Assembly: GCF_009914755.1 (NCBI RefSeq)
Contig: NC_060933.1
Length of the DNA: 64,000 bases
DNA from: the human T2T-CHM13v2.0 reference genome, Homo sapiens
Reading direction: 5' to 3' (one strand)
Below, piece by piece: positions 43,164 to 57,400 of the stretch (position 1 is its first letter; every line of letters starts with the position of its first letter). The notes under the pieces were generated by a model. That model was not told where the DNA came from. It ran no database searches and worked only from the letters and a program-made list of their open reading frames with translations. A program made the position numbers and the translations under genes.

Positions 43164-45470
43164 AATCAATCATTCCGAGTGGAATGGAAGGGAATGTAAT
43201 GGAGTGGAAAGAAGGGAATGGAATCAACCCGAGTGGAATGCAAGGCAATGGAATGGAATGGAAAGGAATGGAATGGAATCAACTCGATTGCAATGGAATG
43301 GAATGGAATGGAATGGAATTAACCGGAATAGAATGGAATGGAATGGAATGGAACGGAATGGAACGGAATGGAATGGAATGGAATGGAATGGAATGCCATG
43401 GAATTGAATCAACCCGAGTACAATGGAATGGAATGGAATGGAATGGAATGGAATGGAATGGAATGGAATCGTTCTGAGTGGAATAGGAAGGAATGTATTC
43501 GAGTGGAATGGAAAGGAATGGAAAAAACCTGAGTGGAATGGAAGGGAATGGAATGGAATGGAAACTAATAGAATGGAATCAACCCGAGAGGAATGGAATG
43601 GAAAGGACTGGAATGGAATGGAATAGAATGGAATTAACTCGATTGTAATGGAATGGAATGGAATGGAATGGAATGGAATGGAATTAACCGGAATAGAATG
43701 GAATGGAATGGAATGGAACGGAATGGAATGGAATGGAAGGGAATGGAATCAACACGAGTGCAGGGGAATGGAATGGAATGGAATGCAATGGAATGGAATC
43801 ATCCGGAATGGAATGGAATGCAATGGAATAAACTCCATTGCAATGAAATGGAATGGAATGGAATGGAATAGAATGGAATGGAATTAACCCGAATAGAAAG
43901 GAATGCAATAGAATGGAATGCAACGGAACCTAATGGAGTGGAATGGAATGGAATGGAATCAACCCGAGTACAGGGGAATGGAAAGGAATGGAAAGCAATG
44001 GAATGGAGTCATCTGTAATGGAATGGAAAGGAATGGAATGGAATGGAATGGAATGGAATGGAATGGAATCAACTCGATTGCAATCGAATGGAATGGAATG
44101 GAATTAACCTGAATAGAATGGAATGGAATGGAATGGAACGGAACGGAATGGAATGGAATGGAATGGAATGGAACGGAACGGAATGGAATGGAATGGAATG
44201 GAATCAACGCGAGTGCAGGGGAATGGAATGGAATGGAATGCAATGGAATGGAATCTTCCGGAATGGAATGGAATGGAATGGAATGTAATGAAATACAATG
44301 GATTCAACTCGATTGCAATGGAATGGAATAGAATGGAATGGAATGGAATTGAATGGAATTAAGTCGAGTAGAATGGAATGGAATGGAATGGAACGGAATG
44401 GAACGGAATGGAATGGAATGGAATGGAATGGAATGGAATGGAATGGTACGGAATAGAATGGAATGGAACGAATTGTAATGGAATGGAATTGAATGGAATG
44501 GAATGGAATGGAATGGAATCAACGCGAGTGCAGGGGAATGTAATGGAACAGAATGCAATGGAATGGAATCATCCGGAATGGAATGGAATGGAATGGAATG
44601 GAATGGAATCAACCAGAGTGCAATGGAATGGAGTGGAATGGAATGGAATGGAATGGAACAACCCGAATGGAATGGAATGTAATGGAGAGTAAGGGAGTTG
44701 AATAGAATCAATCCGAATGTAATGGAATGGAATGCAAAGGAATGGAATGGAATGGAATGGAATGGAATGCAATGGAATTGAATCAACCCGAGTACAATGG
44801 AATGGAATGGAATGGAATGGAATGGAATGGAATGGAATGCAATGGAATGGAATGATACGGAATAGAATGGAATGGAACGAAATGGAGTGGAATGGAATGG
44901 AATGGAATGGAATCAATCATTCCGAGTGGAATGGAAGGGAATGTAATGGAGTGGAAAGAAGGGAATGGAATCAACCCGAGTGGAATGCAAGGCAATGGAA
45001 TGGAATGGAAAGGAATGCAATGGAATCAACTCGATTGCAATGGAATGGAAAGGAATGGAATGGAATGGAATGGAATGGAGTAGAATTAACCGGAATAGAA
45101 TGGAATGGAATGGAATGGAACGGAATGGAACGGAATGGAATGGAATGGAATGGAATGGAATGCAATGGAATTGAATCAACCCGAGTACAATGGAATGGAA
45201 TGGAATGGAATGGAATGGAATGGAATGGAATGGAATGGAATGGAATCGTTCTGAGTGGAATAGGAGGGAATGTATTCGAGTGGAATGGAAAGGAATGGAA
45301 AAAACCTGAGTGGAATGGAAGGGAATGGAATAGAATGGAAACTAATAGAATGGAATCAACCCGAGAGGAATGGAATGGAAAGGACTGGAATGGAATGGAA
45401 TGGAATGGAATTAACTCGATTGTAATGGAATGGAATGGAATGGAATGGAATGGAATGGAATGGAATTAAC
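43164..45470 (+). repeat. Two copies (43164-~43680 and 44911-~45470; lag ~1.75 kb) of a rare satellite sub-variant block
   Basis: AATCAATCATTCCGAGT...GGAAAGAAGGG...GCAAGGCAATGG, GTTCTGAGT and GGAAAAAACCTGAG are seen only in these two places. Confidence 0.88.
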
Positions 45471-48400
45471 CCGAATACAATGCAATGGAATGGAATGGAA
45501 CGGAATGGTGTGGAATCGAATGGAATCAACCCGAGTGCAGGGGAATGGAATGGAATGGAATGCAATGGAATGGAATCATCCGGAATGGAATGGAATGGAA
45601 TGGAATGAAAAGCAATGGAATCAACTCGATTGCAATGGAATGGAATGGAATGGAAAGGAATACATTGGAATCAACCCGAGTGGAATGGAATGGAAAGGAG
45701 TGGAATGGAGTGGAATGGAATGGAATGGAATCAACTCGATTGGAATGGAATGGAATGGAATGGAATGGAATGGAATTAATCCGAATAGAATGGAATGGAA
45801 TGGAATGGAATGGAATGGAATGGAATGGAATGGAATCAACCCGAGTGCAATGGAATGGAGTGGAATGGAATGGAATGGAATGGAATGGAATGGAATGGAA
45901 TGGAATTAACCCGAATAGAATGGAATGGAATGGAACGGAACGGAATGGAATGGAATGGAATGGAATGGAACGGAACGGAACGGAACGGAATGGAATGGAA
46001 TGGAATGGAATGGAATGGAATCAACGCGAGTGCAGGGGAATGGAATGGAATGGAATGCAATGGAATGGAATCTTCCGGAATGGAATGGAATGGAATGGAA
46101 TGCAATGAAATGCAATGGATTCAACTCGATTGCAATGGAATGGAATAGAATGGAATGGAATGGAATGGAATTAATTCGAATAGAATGGAATGGAATGGAA
46201 TGGAACGGAATGGAACGGAATGGAACGGAATGGAATGGAATGGAATGGAATGGAATGGAATTAACCCGAATAGAATGGAATGGAATGGAATGGAACGGAA
46301 CGGAATGGAATGGAATGGAATGGAATGGAATGGAATGGAATGGAATCAACCCGACTGCAGGGTAATGGAATGGAATGGAATGCATTGGAATGGATTCAAC
46401 TTGAATGGAATGGAAAGAATGGAATCAACACGAGTGGAATGGCATGGATCGGAATGGAATGGAATGGAATCAAACCGAGTACAGGGGAATGGAATGGAAT
46501 GGAATGCAATGGAATGGAATCATCCGTAATGGAATGGAAAGGAATGGAATGGAATGGAATAGAATGGAATGGAATCAACTCGATTGCAATCGAATGGAAT
46601 GGAATGGAATTAACCCGAATAGAATGGAATGGAATGCAATGGAACGGAACGGAACGGAATGGAATGCATTGGAATGGAATGGAATGGAATGGAACGGAAA
46701 GGAATGGAATGGAATGGAATGGAATGGAATGGAATGGAATCAACGCGAGTGCAGGGGAATGGAATGGAATGGAATGCAATGGAATGGAATCTTCCGGAAT
46801 GGAATGGAATGGAATGGAATGGAATCAACCCGAGTGCAATGGAATGGAGTGGAATGGAATGGAATGGAATGGAACAACCCGAATGGAATGGAATGTAATG
46901 GAGAGTAAGGGAGTTGAATAGAATCAATCCGAATGTAATGGAATGGAATGGAACGGAATGGAATTGAATGGAATGGAATGGAATGCAATGGAATGGAATC
47001 AACCCGAGTGCAATGGAATGGAGAGGAATGGAATGGAATGGAATGGAAACTACCCGAATGGAATGGAATGTAATGGAGTGTAAGGGAATTGAATAGAATC
47101 AATCCGAATGTAATGGAATGGAATGGAATGGAATGGAATGGAATGGAATGCAATGCAATGGAATGGAATCAACCCGAGTGCAATCGAATGGAATCGAATG
47201 GAATGGAATGCAATGGAATGGATTCAACTTGAATGGAATGGAAAGAATGGAATCAACACGAGTGGAATGGCATGGATTGGAATGGAATGGAATGGAATCA
47301 ACCCGAGTACAGGGGAATGGTATGGAATGGAATGCAATTGAATGGAATCATCCGTAATGGAATGGAAAGGAATGGAATGGAATGGAATGGAATGGAATGG
47401 AATGGAATCAACTCGATTGCAATCGAATGGAATGGAATGGAATTAACCCGAATAGAATGGAATGGAATGGAATGGAACGGAACGGAACGGAACGGAATGG
47501 ATGGAATGGAATGGAATGGAATGGAATGGAATCAACGCGAGTGCAGGGGAATGGAATGGAATGGAATGCAATGGAATGGAATCTTCCGGAATGGAATGGA
47601 ATAGAATGAAATGCAATGGATTCAACTCGATTGCAATAGAATGGAATAGAATGGAATGGAATTGAATGGAATGGAATTAATCCGAATAGAATGGAGTGCA
47701 ATGGAATGGAACGGAATGGAACGGAATGGAATGGAATGGAATGGAATGGAATGGAATGGTATGGAATGGAATGGAATGGTACGGAATAGAATGGAATGGA
47801 ACGAATTGTAATGGAATGGAATTGAATGGAATGGAATGGAATGGAATGGAATCAAGGCGAGTGCCGGGGAATGTAATGGATCGGAATGCAAGGGAATGGA
47901 ATCATCCGGAATGGAATGGAATGGAATGGAATGGAATGGAATGGAATGGAATGGAATCAACCCGAGTGCAATGGAATGGAGTGGAATGGAATGGAATGCA
48001 ATGGAACAACCCGAATGGAATGGAATGTAATGGAGGGTAAGGGAGTTGAATAGAATCAATCCGAATGTAATGGAATGGAATGCAACGGAATGGAATGGAA
48101 TGGAATGGAATGCAATGCAATGGAATTGAATCAACCCGAATACAATGGAATGGAATGGAATGGAATGGAATGGAATGGAATGGAATGGAATGGAAAGGAA
48201 TGATACGGAATAGAATGGAATGGAACGAAATGGAATGGAATGGAATGGAATGGAATGGAATGGAATGGAATCGTTCCGAGTGGAATAGGAGAGAATGTAT
48301 TCGAGTGGAATGGAAAGGAATGGTATCAACCAGAGTGGAATGGAAGGGAATGGAATGGAGTGGAAACTAATAGAATGGAATCAACCCGAGTGGAATGGAA

Positions 48401-51400
48401 TGGAAAGGACTGGAATGGAATGGAATGGAATGGAATCAACTCGATTGTAATGGAATGGAATGGAATGGAATGGAATGGAATGGAATCAACCCGAGTGCAG
48501 GGGAATGGAATGGAATGGAATGCAATGGAATGGAATCTTCCGGAATGGAATGGAATGGAATGGAATGGAATGGAATGGAATGGAATCAACCCGAGTGCAA
48601 TGGAATGGAGTTGAATGGAATGGAATGGAATGGAACAACCCGAATGGAATGGAATGTAATGGAGAGTAAGGGAGTTGAACAGAATCAATCCGAATGTAAT
48701 GGAATGGAATGGAACGGAATGGAATTGAATGGAATGGAATGGAATGCAATGGAATGGAATCAACCCGAGTGCAATGGAATGGAGAGGAATGGAATGGAAT
48801 GGAATGGAAACTACCCGAATGGAATGGAATGTAATGGAGTGTAAGGGAATTGAATACAATCAATCCGAATGTACTGGAATGGAATGGAACGGAATGGAAT
48901 GGAATGGAATGGAATGGAATGCAATGCAATGGAATGGAATCAACCCGAGTGCAATCGAATGGAATCGAATGGAATGGAATGCAATGGAATGGATTCAACT
49001 TGAATGGAATGGAAAGAATGGAATCAACACGAGTGGAATGGCATGGATTGGAATGGAATGGAATGGAATCAACCCGAGTACAGGGGAATGGTATGGAATG
49101 GAATGCAATGGAATGGAATCATCCGTAATGGAATGGAAAGGAATGGAATGGAATGGAATGGAATGGAAGGGAATCAACCCGAGTGCAGGGGAATGTAATG
49201 GAACGGAATGCAATGGAATGGAGTCATCCGGAATGGAATGGAATGGAATGGAATGGAATCAACCCGAGTGCAATGGAATGGAGTGGAATGGAATGGAATG
49301 GAATGGAACAACCCGAATGGAATCGAATGTAATGGAGAGTAAGGGAGTTGAAAAGAATCAATCCGAATGTAATGGAATGGAATGGAACGGAATGGAATGG
49401 AATGGAATGGAATGGAATGGAATGGAATGGAATGGAATGCAATGGAGTGGAATCATCCCGAATACAATGGAATGGAATGGAATGGAATGGAATGGAATGG
49501 AATGGAATGGAATGGAATGGAATGCAATGTAATGGAATCTTCCGGAATGGAATGGAATGGAATGGAATGCAATGCAATGGATTCAACTCGTTTGCAATGG
49601 AATGGAATAGGATGGAATGGAATGGAATGGAATGGAATGGAATTAAACCGAATAGAATGGAATGGAATGGAATGGAACGGAACGGAACGGAACGGAACGG
49701 AACGGAGTGGAATGGAATGGAATGGAATTGTATGGAATGGAATGGAATGGTATGGAATAGAATGGAATGGAAAGAATTGGAATGGAATGGAATCGAATGG
49801 AATGGAATGGAATGGAATGGAATCAACCCGAGTGCAGGGGAATGTAATGGAACGGAATGCAATGGAATGGAATCATCCGGAATGGAATGGAATGGAATGG
49901 AATCAATCCGAGTGCAATGGAATGGAGTGGAATGGAAAGGAATGGAATGGAACAACTCGAATGGAATGGAATGTAATGGAGAGTAAGGGAGTTGAATAGA
50001 ATCAATCCGAATGTAATGGAATGGAATGCAACGGAATGGAATGGAATCGAATGGAATGGAATGGAATGCCATGGAATGGAATCAACCCGAGTAGAATGGA
50101 ATGGAATGGACTGGAATGGAATGGAACGGAATGGAATGGAATGGAATGGAATCAACGCGAGGGCAGGGGAATGGAATGGAATGGAATGCAATGGAATGGA
50201 ATCTTCCGGAATGGAATGGAATGGAATGCAATGGAATGCAATGGATTCAACTCGATTGCAATGGAATGGAATAGAATGGAATGGAATGGAATGGAATGGA
50301 ATGGAATTAACCCGAATAGAATGGAATGGATTGGAATGGAACGGAACGGAACGGAACAGAACGGAACGGAACGGAATGGAATGGAATGGAATGGAATGGA
50401 ATGGAATTGTATGGAATGGAATGGAATGGTACGGAATAGAATGGAATGGAAAGAATTGGAATGGAATGGAATCGAATGGAATGGTATGGAATGGAATGGA
50501 ATGGAATGGAATCAACCCGAGTGCAGGGGAATGTAATGTGACGGAATGCAATGGAATGGAATCATACGGAATGGAATGGAATGGAATGGAATGGAATGGA
50601 ATGGAATCGAATGGAATCAACCCGAGTGCAATGGAATGGTGTGGAATGGAATGGAATGGAATGGAACAACACGAATGGAATGGAATGTAGTGGAGAGTAA
50701 GGGAGTTGAATAGAATCAACCCGAATGTAAAGGAATGGAATGGAACGGAATGGAATGGAATGGAATGCAATGGAATGGAATCAACCCGAGTACAATGGAA
50801 TGGAATGGAATGGAATAGAATGGAATGGAATGGAATGGAATGGAATGGAATGGAATGGAAAGGAATGGAATGGAATGGAATCAACCTGAGTGCAATGGAA
50901 TGCATAGGAATGGAATGGAATGGAATGGAATCTACCCGAATGGAATGGAATGTAATGAAGTGTAAGGGAATTGAATAGAATCAATCCGAATGTAATGGAA
51001 TGGAATGGAACGGAATGGAATGGAATGGAATGGAATGCAATGCAATGGAATCAACCCGAGTGCAATCGAATGGAATCGAATGGAATGGAATGCAATGGCA
51101 TGGATTCAACTTGAATGGAATGGAAAGAATGGAATCAACACGAGTGGAATGGCATGGATTGGAATGGAATGGAATGGAATCAACCCGAGTACAGGAGAAT
51201 GGAATGGAATGGAATGCAATGGAATGGAATCATCAGTAACGGAATGGAAAGGAACGGAATGGAATGGAATGGAATGGAATGGAATGAACTCGATTGCAAT
51301 CGAAAGGAATGGAATGGAATTAACCCGAATAGAATGGAATGGAATGGAATGGAACGCACCGGAATGGAATGGAATGGAATGGAATGGAACGGAACGGAAC

Positions 51401-54400
51401 GGAACGGAACGGAATGGAATGGAATGCAATGGAATGGAATCAACGCGAGTGCAGGAGAATGGAAAGGAATGGAATGCAATGGAATGGAATCTTCCGGAAT
51501 GGAATGGAATGGAATGGAATGGAATGCAATGGATTCAAATCGATTGCAATGGAATGGAATAGAATGGAATGGAATGGAATGGAATGGAATTAACCCTAAT
51601 AGAATGGAATGGAATGGAATGGAACGGAATGGAACGGAATGCAATGGAATGGAATGGAATGGAATGGAATGGAATGGAATGGAATGGTACGGAATAGAAT
51701 GGAATGGAACGACTTGGAATGGAATGGAGTCGAATGGAATGGAATGGAATGGAATGGAATGGAATCAACGCAAGTGCAGGGGAATGTAATAGAACGGAAT
51801 GCAATGGAATGGAATCATCCGGAATGGAATGGAATGGAATGGAATGGAATGGAATGGAATGGAATCAACCCGAGTGCAATGGAATGGAGTGAAATGGAAT
51901 GGAATGGAATGGAACAACCCGAATGGAATGGAATGTAATGGAGAGTAAGGGAGTTGAATAGAATCAATCCGAATGTAATGGAATGGAACGGAATGGAATG
52001 GAATGGAATGGAATGGAATGCAATGTAATGGAATCAACCCGAGTGCAATCGAATGGAATCGAATGGAATGGAATGAAATGGAATGGATTCAACTTGAATG
52101 GAAAGTAAAGAATGGAATCAACACGAGTGGAATGGCATGGATTGGAATGGAATGGAATGGAATCAACCCGAGTACAGGGGAATGGAATGGAATGGAATGC
52201 AATGGAATGGAATCATCCGTAATGGAATGGAAAGGAATGGAATGGAATGGAATGGAATGGAATGGAATGGAATGGAATCAACTCGATTGCAATCGAATGG
52301 AATGGAATGGAATTAACCCGAATAGAATGGAATGGAATGGAATGGAACGGAACGGAATGGAATGGAATGGAATGGAATGGAACGGAAAGGAAGGGAATGG
52401 AATGGAATAGAATAGAATGGAATGGAATCAACGCGAGTGCAGGGGAATGGAATGGAATGGAATGGAATGCAATGGAATGGAATGTTCCGGAATGGAATGG
52501 AATGGAATGGAATGGAATGGAATGGAATGGAATCAACCCGAGTGCAATGGAATGGATTGGAATGGAATGGAATGGAATGGAACAACCCGAATGGAATGGA
52601 ATGTAATGGAGAGTAAGGGAGTTGAATAGAATCAATCCGAATGTAATGGAATGGAACGGAATGGAATGGAATGGAATGGAATGGAATGCAATGTAATGGA
52701 ATCAACCCGAGTGCAATCGAATCGAATCGAATGGAATGGAATGCAACGGAATGGATTCAACTTGAATGGAAGGTAAAGAATGGAATCAACACGAGTGGAA
52801 TGGCATGGAAAGGACTGGAAGGGAATGGAATGGAATGGAATCAACTCGATTGTAATGGAATGGAATGGAATGGAATTGAATGGAATGGAATTAACCCGAA
52901 TACAATGGAATGGAATGGAATGGAACGCAATGGAGTGGAATGGAATGGAATCAACCCGAGTGCAGGGGATTGGAATGGAATGGAATGCAATGGAATGGAA
53001 TCATCCGGAATGGAATGGAATGGAATGGAATGGAATCTACCCGACTGCAGGGGAATGGAATGGAATGGAATGCAATGGAATGGATTCAACTTGAATGGAA
53101 TGGAAAGAATGGAATCAACACGAGTGGAATGGCATGGATTGGAATGGAATGGAATGGAATGGAATCAACCCGAGTACAGGGTAATGGAATGGAATGGAAT
53201 GCAATGGAATGGAATCATCCGTAATGGAATGGAAAGGAATGGAATGGAATGGAATGGAATGGAATCGAATGGAATCAACTCGATTGCAATCGAATGGAAT
53301 GGAATGGAATTAACCCGAATAGAATGGAATGGAATGGAATGGAATGGAAAGGAACGGAATGGAATGGATTGGCATGGAATGGAATGGAATGGAATGGAAC
53401 GGAAAGGAATGGAATTGAATGGAATGGAATCCACCTGAGTGCAGGGGAATGGAATGGAATGGAATGCAATGGAATGGAATCTTCCGGAATGGAATGGAAT
53501 GGAATGGAATGGAATGAAATGGAATGGAATGGAATAAACCCGAGTGCAATGGAATGGAGTGGAATGGAATGGATTGGAATGGAAAAACCCGAATGGAATG
53601 GAATGTAATGGAGAGTAAGGGAGTTGAATAGAATCAATCCGAATGTAATGGAATGGAATGGAACGGAATGGAATGGAATGGAATGGAATGGAATGCAATG
53701 GAATGGAATCAACCCGAGTGCAATGGAATGGAGAGGAATGGAATGGAGTGGAATGGAAACTACCCCAATGGAATGGAATGGAATGGAGTGTAAGGGAATT
53801 GAATAGAATCAATCCGAATGTAATGGAATGGAATGGTACGGAATGGAATGGAATGGAATGGAATGGAATGGAATGGAATGGAATGGAATTCAATGGAATG
53901 GAATCAACCCGAGTGCAATCGAATGGAATCGAATGGAATGGAATGCAATGGAATGGATTCAACTTGAATGGAATGGAAAGAATGGAATCAACACGAGTGG
54001 AATGGCATGGATTGGAATGGAATGGAATGGAATCAACCCGAGTACAGGGGAATGGAATGGAATGGAATGCAATGGAATGGAATCATCCGTAATGGAATGG
54101 AAAGGAATGGAATGGAATGGAATGGAATGGACTCAACTCGATTGCAATCGAATGGAATGGAATGGAATTAACCCGAATAGAATGGAATGGAATGGAATGG
54201 AATGGAACCGAACGGAATGGCATGGAATGGAATGGAATGCAACGGAACGGAATGGAACGGAATGGAATGGAATGGAATGGAATGGAATGGAATCAACGCG
54301 AGTGCAGGGGAATGGAATGGAATGGAATGCAATGGAATGGAATCTTCCGGAATGGAATGGAATGAAATGGAATGGAATGAAATGCAATGGATTCAACTCG

Positions 54401-57400
54401 ATTGCAATGGAATGGAATAGAATGGAATGGAATGGAATGGAATGGAATGGAATTAACCCAAATAGAATGGAATGGAATGGAATGGAACGGAATGGAACGG
54501 AATGGAATGGAATGGAATGGAATGGAATGGAATGGTATGGAATGGAATGGAATGGTACGGAATAGAATGGAATGGAACGAATTGTAATGGAATGGAATTG
54601 AATGGAATGGAATGGAATCAACGCGAGTGCAGGGGAATGTAATGGAACGGAATGCAATGGAATGGAATCATCCGGAATGGAATGGAATGGAATGGAATGG
54701 AATGGAATGGATTAAACCCGAGTGCAATGGAATGGAGTGGAATGGAAACAACCAGAATGGATTGGAATATAATGGAGTGTAAGGTAATTGAATAGAATCA
54801 ATCTGAATGTAATGAAATGGAATGGAACGGAATGGAATGGAATGGAATGGCATGGAATGGAATGAAATGGAATGGACTGCAATGGAATGGAATCTTCCGG
54901 AATGGAATGGAATGGAATGGAATGGAATGCAATGGATTCAACTCGATTGCAATGGAATGGAATAGAATGGAATGGAATGGAATGGAATGGAATGGAATTA
55001 AACCGAATAGAATGGAATGGAATGGAATGGAACGGAACGGAACGGAACGGAAAGGAGTGGAATGGAATGGAATGGAATTGTATGGAATGGAATGGAATGG
55101 TACGGAATAGAATGGAATGGAAAGAATTGGAATGGAATGGAATCGAATCGAATGTAATGGAATGGAATGGAATCAACCCGAGTGCAGGGGAATGTAATGG
55201 AACGGAATGCAATGGAATGGAATCATCCGGAATGGAATGGAATGGAATGGAATGGAATGGAATGGAATGGAATGGAATCAACCCGAGTGCAATGGAATGG
55301 AGTGGAATGGAATGGAATGGAATGGAACAACCCGAATGGAATGGAATGTAATGGAGAGTAAGGGAGTTGAATAGAATCAATCCGAATGTAATGGAATGGA
55401 ACGGAATGGAATGGAATGGAATGGAATGGAATGGAATGCAATGGAATGGAATCAACCCGAGTACAATGGAACGGAATGTAATGTAATGTAATGTAATGGA
55501 ATGGAATGGAATGGAATGGAATGGAATCAATGCGAGTGGAGGGGAATGGAATGGAATGGAATGCAATGGAATGGAATCTTCCGGAATGGAATGGAATGGA
55601 ATGGAATGGAATGAAATGCAATGGATTCAACTCGATTGCAATGGAATGGAATAGAATGGAATGGAATGGAATGGAATGGAATTAACCCGAATAGAATGGA
55701 ATGGAATGGAATGGAACGGAATGCAATGGAATGGAATGGAATGGAATGGTATGGAATGGAATGGAATGGTACGGAATAGAATGGAATGGAACGAATTGTA
55801 ATGGAATGGAATGGAATGGAATGGAATGGAATGGAATCAACCCGAGTACAATGGAATGGAATGGAATGGAATGGAATGGAATGGAATGGAATGGAATGGA
55901 ATGATACGGAATAGAATGGAATGGAATGGAATGGAATGGAATGGAATGGAATGGAATGGAATGGAATCGTTCCGAGTGGAATAGGAGGGAATGTATTCGA
56001 GTGGAATGGAAAGGAATGGAATCAACCAGAGTGGAATGGAAGGGAATGGAATGGAATGGAAACTAATAGAATGGAATCAACCCGAGTGGAATGGAATGGA
56101 AAGGACTGGAATGGAATGGAATGGAATGGAATCAACTCGATTGTAATGGAATGGAATGGAATGGAATGGAATGGAATTAACCCGAATACAATGGAATGGA
56201 ATGGAATGGAACGGAATGGAGTGGAATGGAATGGAATCAACCCGAGTGCAGGGGATTGGAATGGAATGGAATGCAATGGAATGGAATCATCCGGAATGGA
56301 ATGGAATGGAATGGAATGGAATCAACCCGACTGCAGGGGAATGGAATGGAATGGAATGCAATGGAATGGATTCAACTTGAATGGAATGGAAAGAATGGAA
56401 TCAACACGAGTGCAATGGCATGGATTGGAATGGAATGGAATGGAATGGAATCAACCCGAGTACAGGGGAATGGAATGGAATGGAATGGAATGGAATGGAA
56501 TGGAATGGAATGGAATCAACTCGATTGCAATCGAATGGAATGGAATGGAATTAACCCGAATAGAATGGAAGGGAATGGAATGGAACGGAACGGAACGGAA
56601 TGGAATGGATTGGAACGGAATGGAATGGAAAGGAATGGAACGGAAAGGAATGGAATGGAATGGAATGGAATGGAATGGAATGGAATGGAATGGAATAGAA
56701 TGGAATCAACGCGAGTGCAGGGGAATGGAATGGAATGGAATGCAATCGAATGGAATCTTCCGGAATGGAATGGAATGGAATGGAATGGAATGGAATGCAA
56801 TGGAATAATCCCGAGTGCAATGGAATGGAGTGGAATGGAATGGAATGGAATGGAACAACCCGAATGCAATGGAATGTAATGGAGAGTAAGGGAGTTGAAT
56901 AGAATCAATCCGAATGTAATGGAATGGAATGGAACGGAATGGAATTGAATGGAATGGAATGGAATGCAATGGAATGGAATCAACCCGAGTGCAATGGAAT
57001 GGAGAGGAATGGAATGGAATGGAATGGAAACTACCCGAATGGAATGGAATGTAATGGAGTGTAAGGGAATTGAATAGAATCAATCCGAATGTAATGGAAT
57101 GGAATGGAACGGAAGGGAATGGAATGGAATGGAATGGAATGCAATGGAATGGAATCAACCCGAGTGCAATCGAATGGAATCGAATGGAATGGAATGCAAT
57201 GGAATGGATTCAACTTGAATGGAATGGAAAGAATGGAATCAACACGAGTGGAATGGCATGGATTGGAATGGAATGGAATGGAATCAACCCGAGTACAGAG
57301 GAATGGAATGGAATGGAATGCAATGGAATGGAATCATCCGTAATGGAATGGAAAGGAATGGAAGGGAATGGAATAGAATGGAATGGAATCAACTCGATTG

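Noticed and set aside
49823-50905. Long - strand ORFs encoding poly-IPFHS
   Set aside because: Same artefact from (ATTCC)n. Matching 'hypothetical protein' database entries would most plausibly be translated human satellite contamination.
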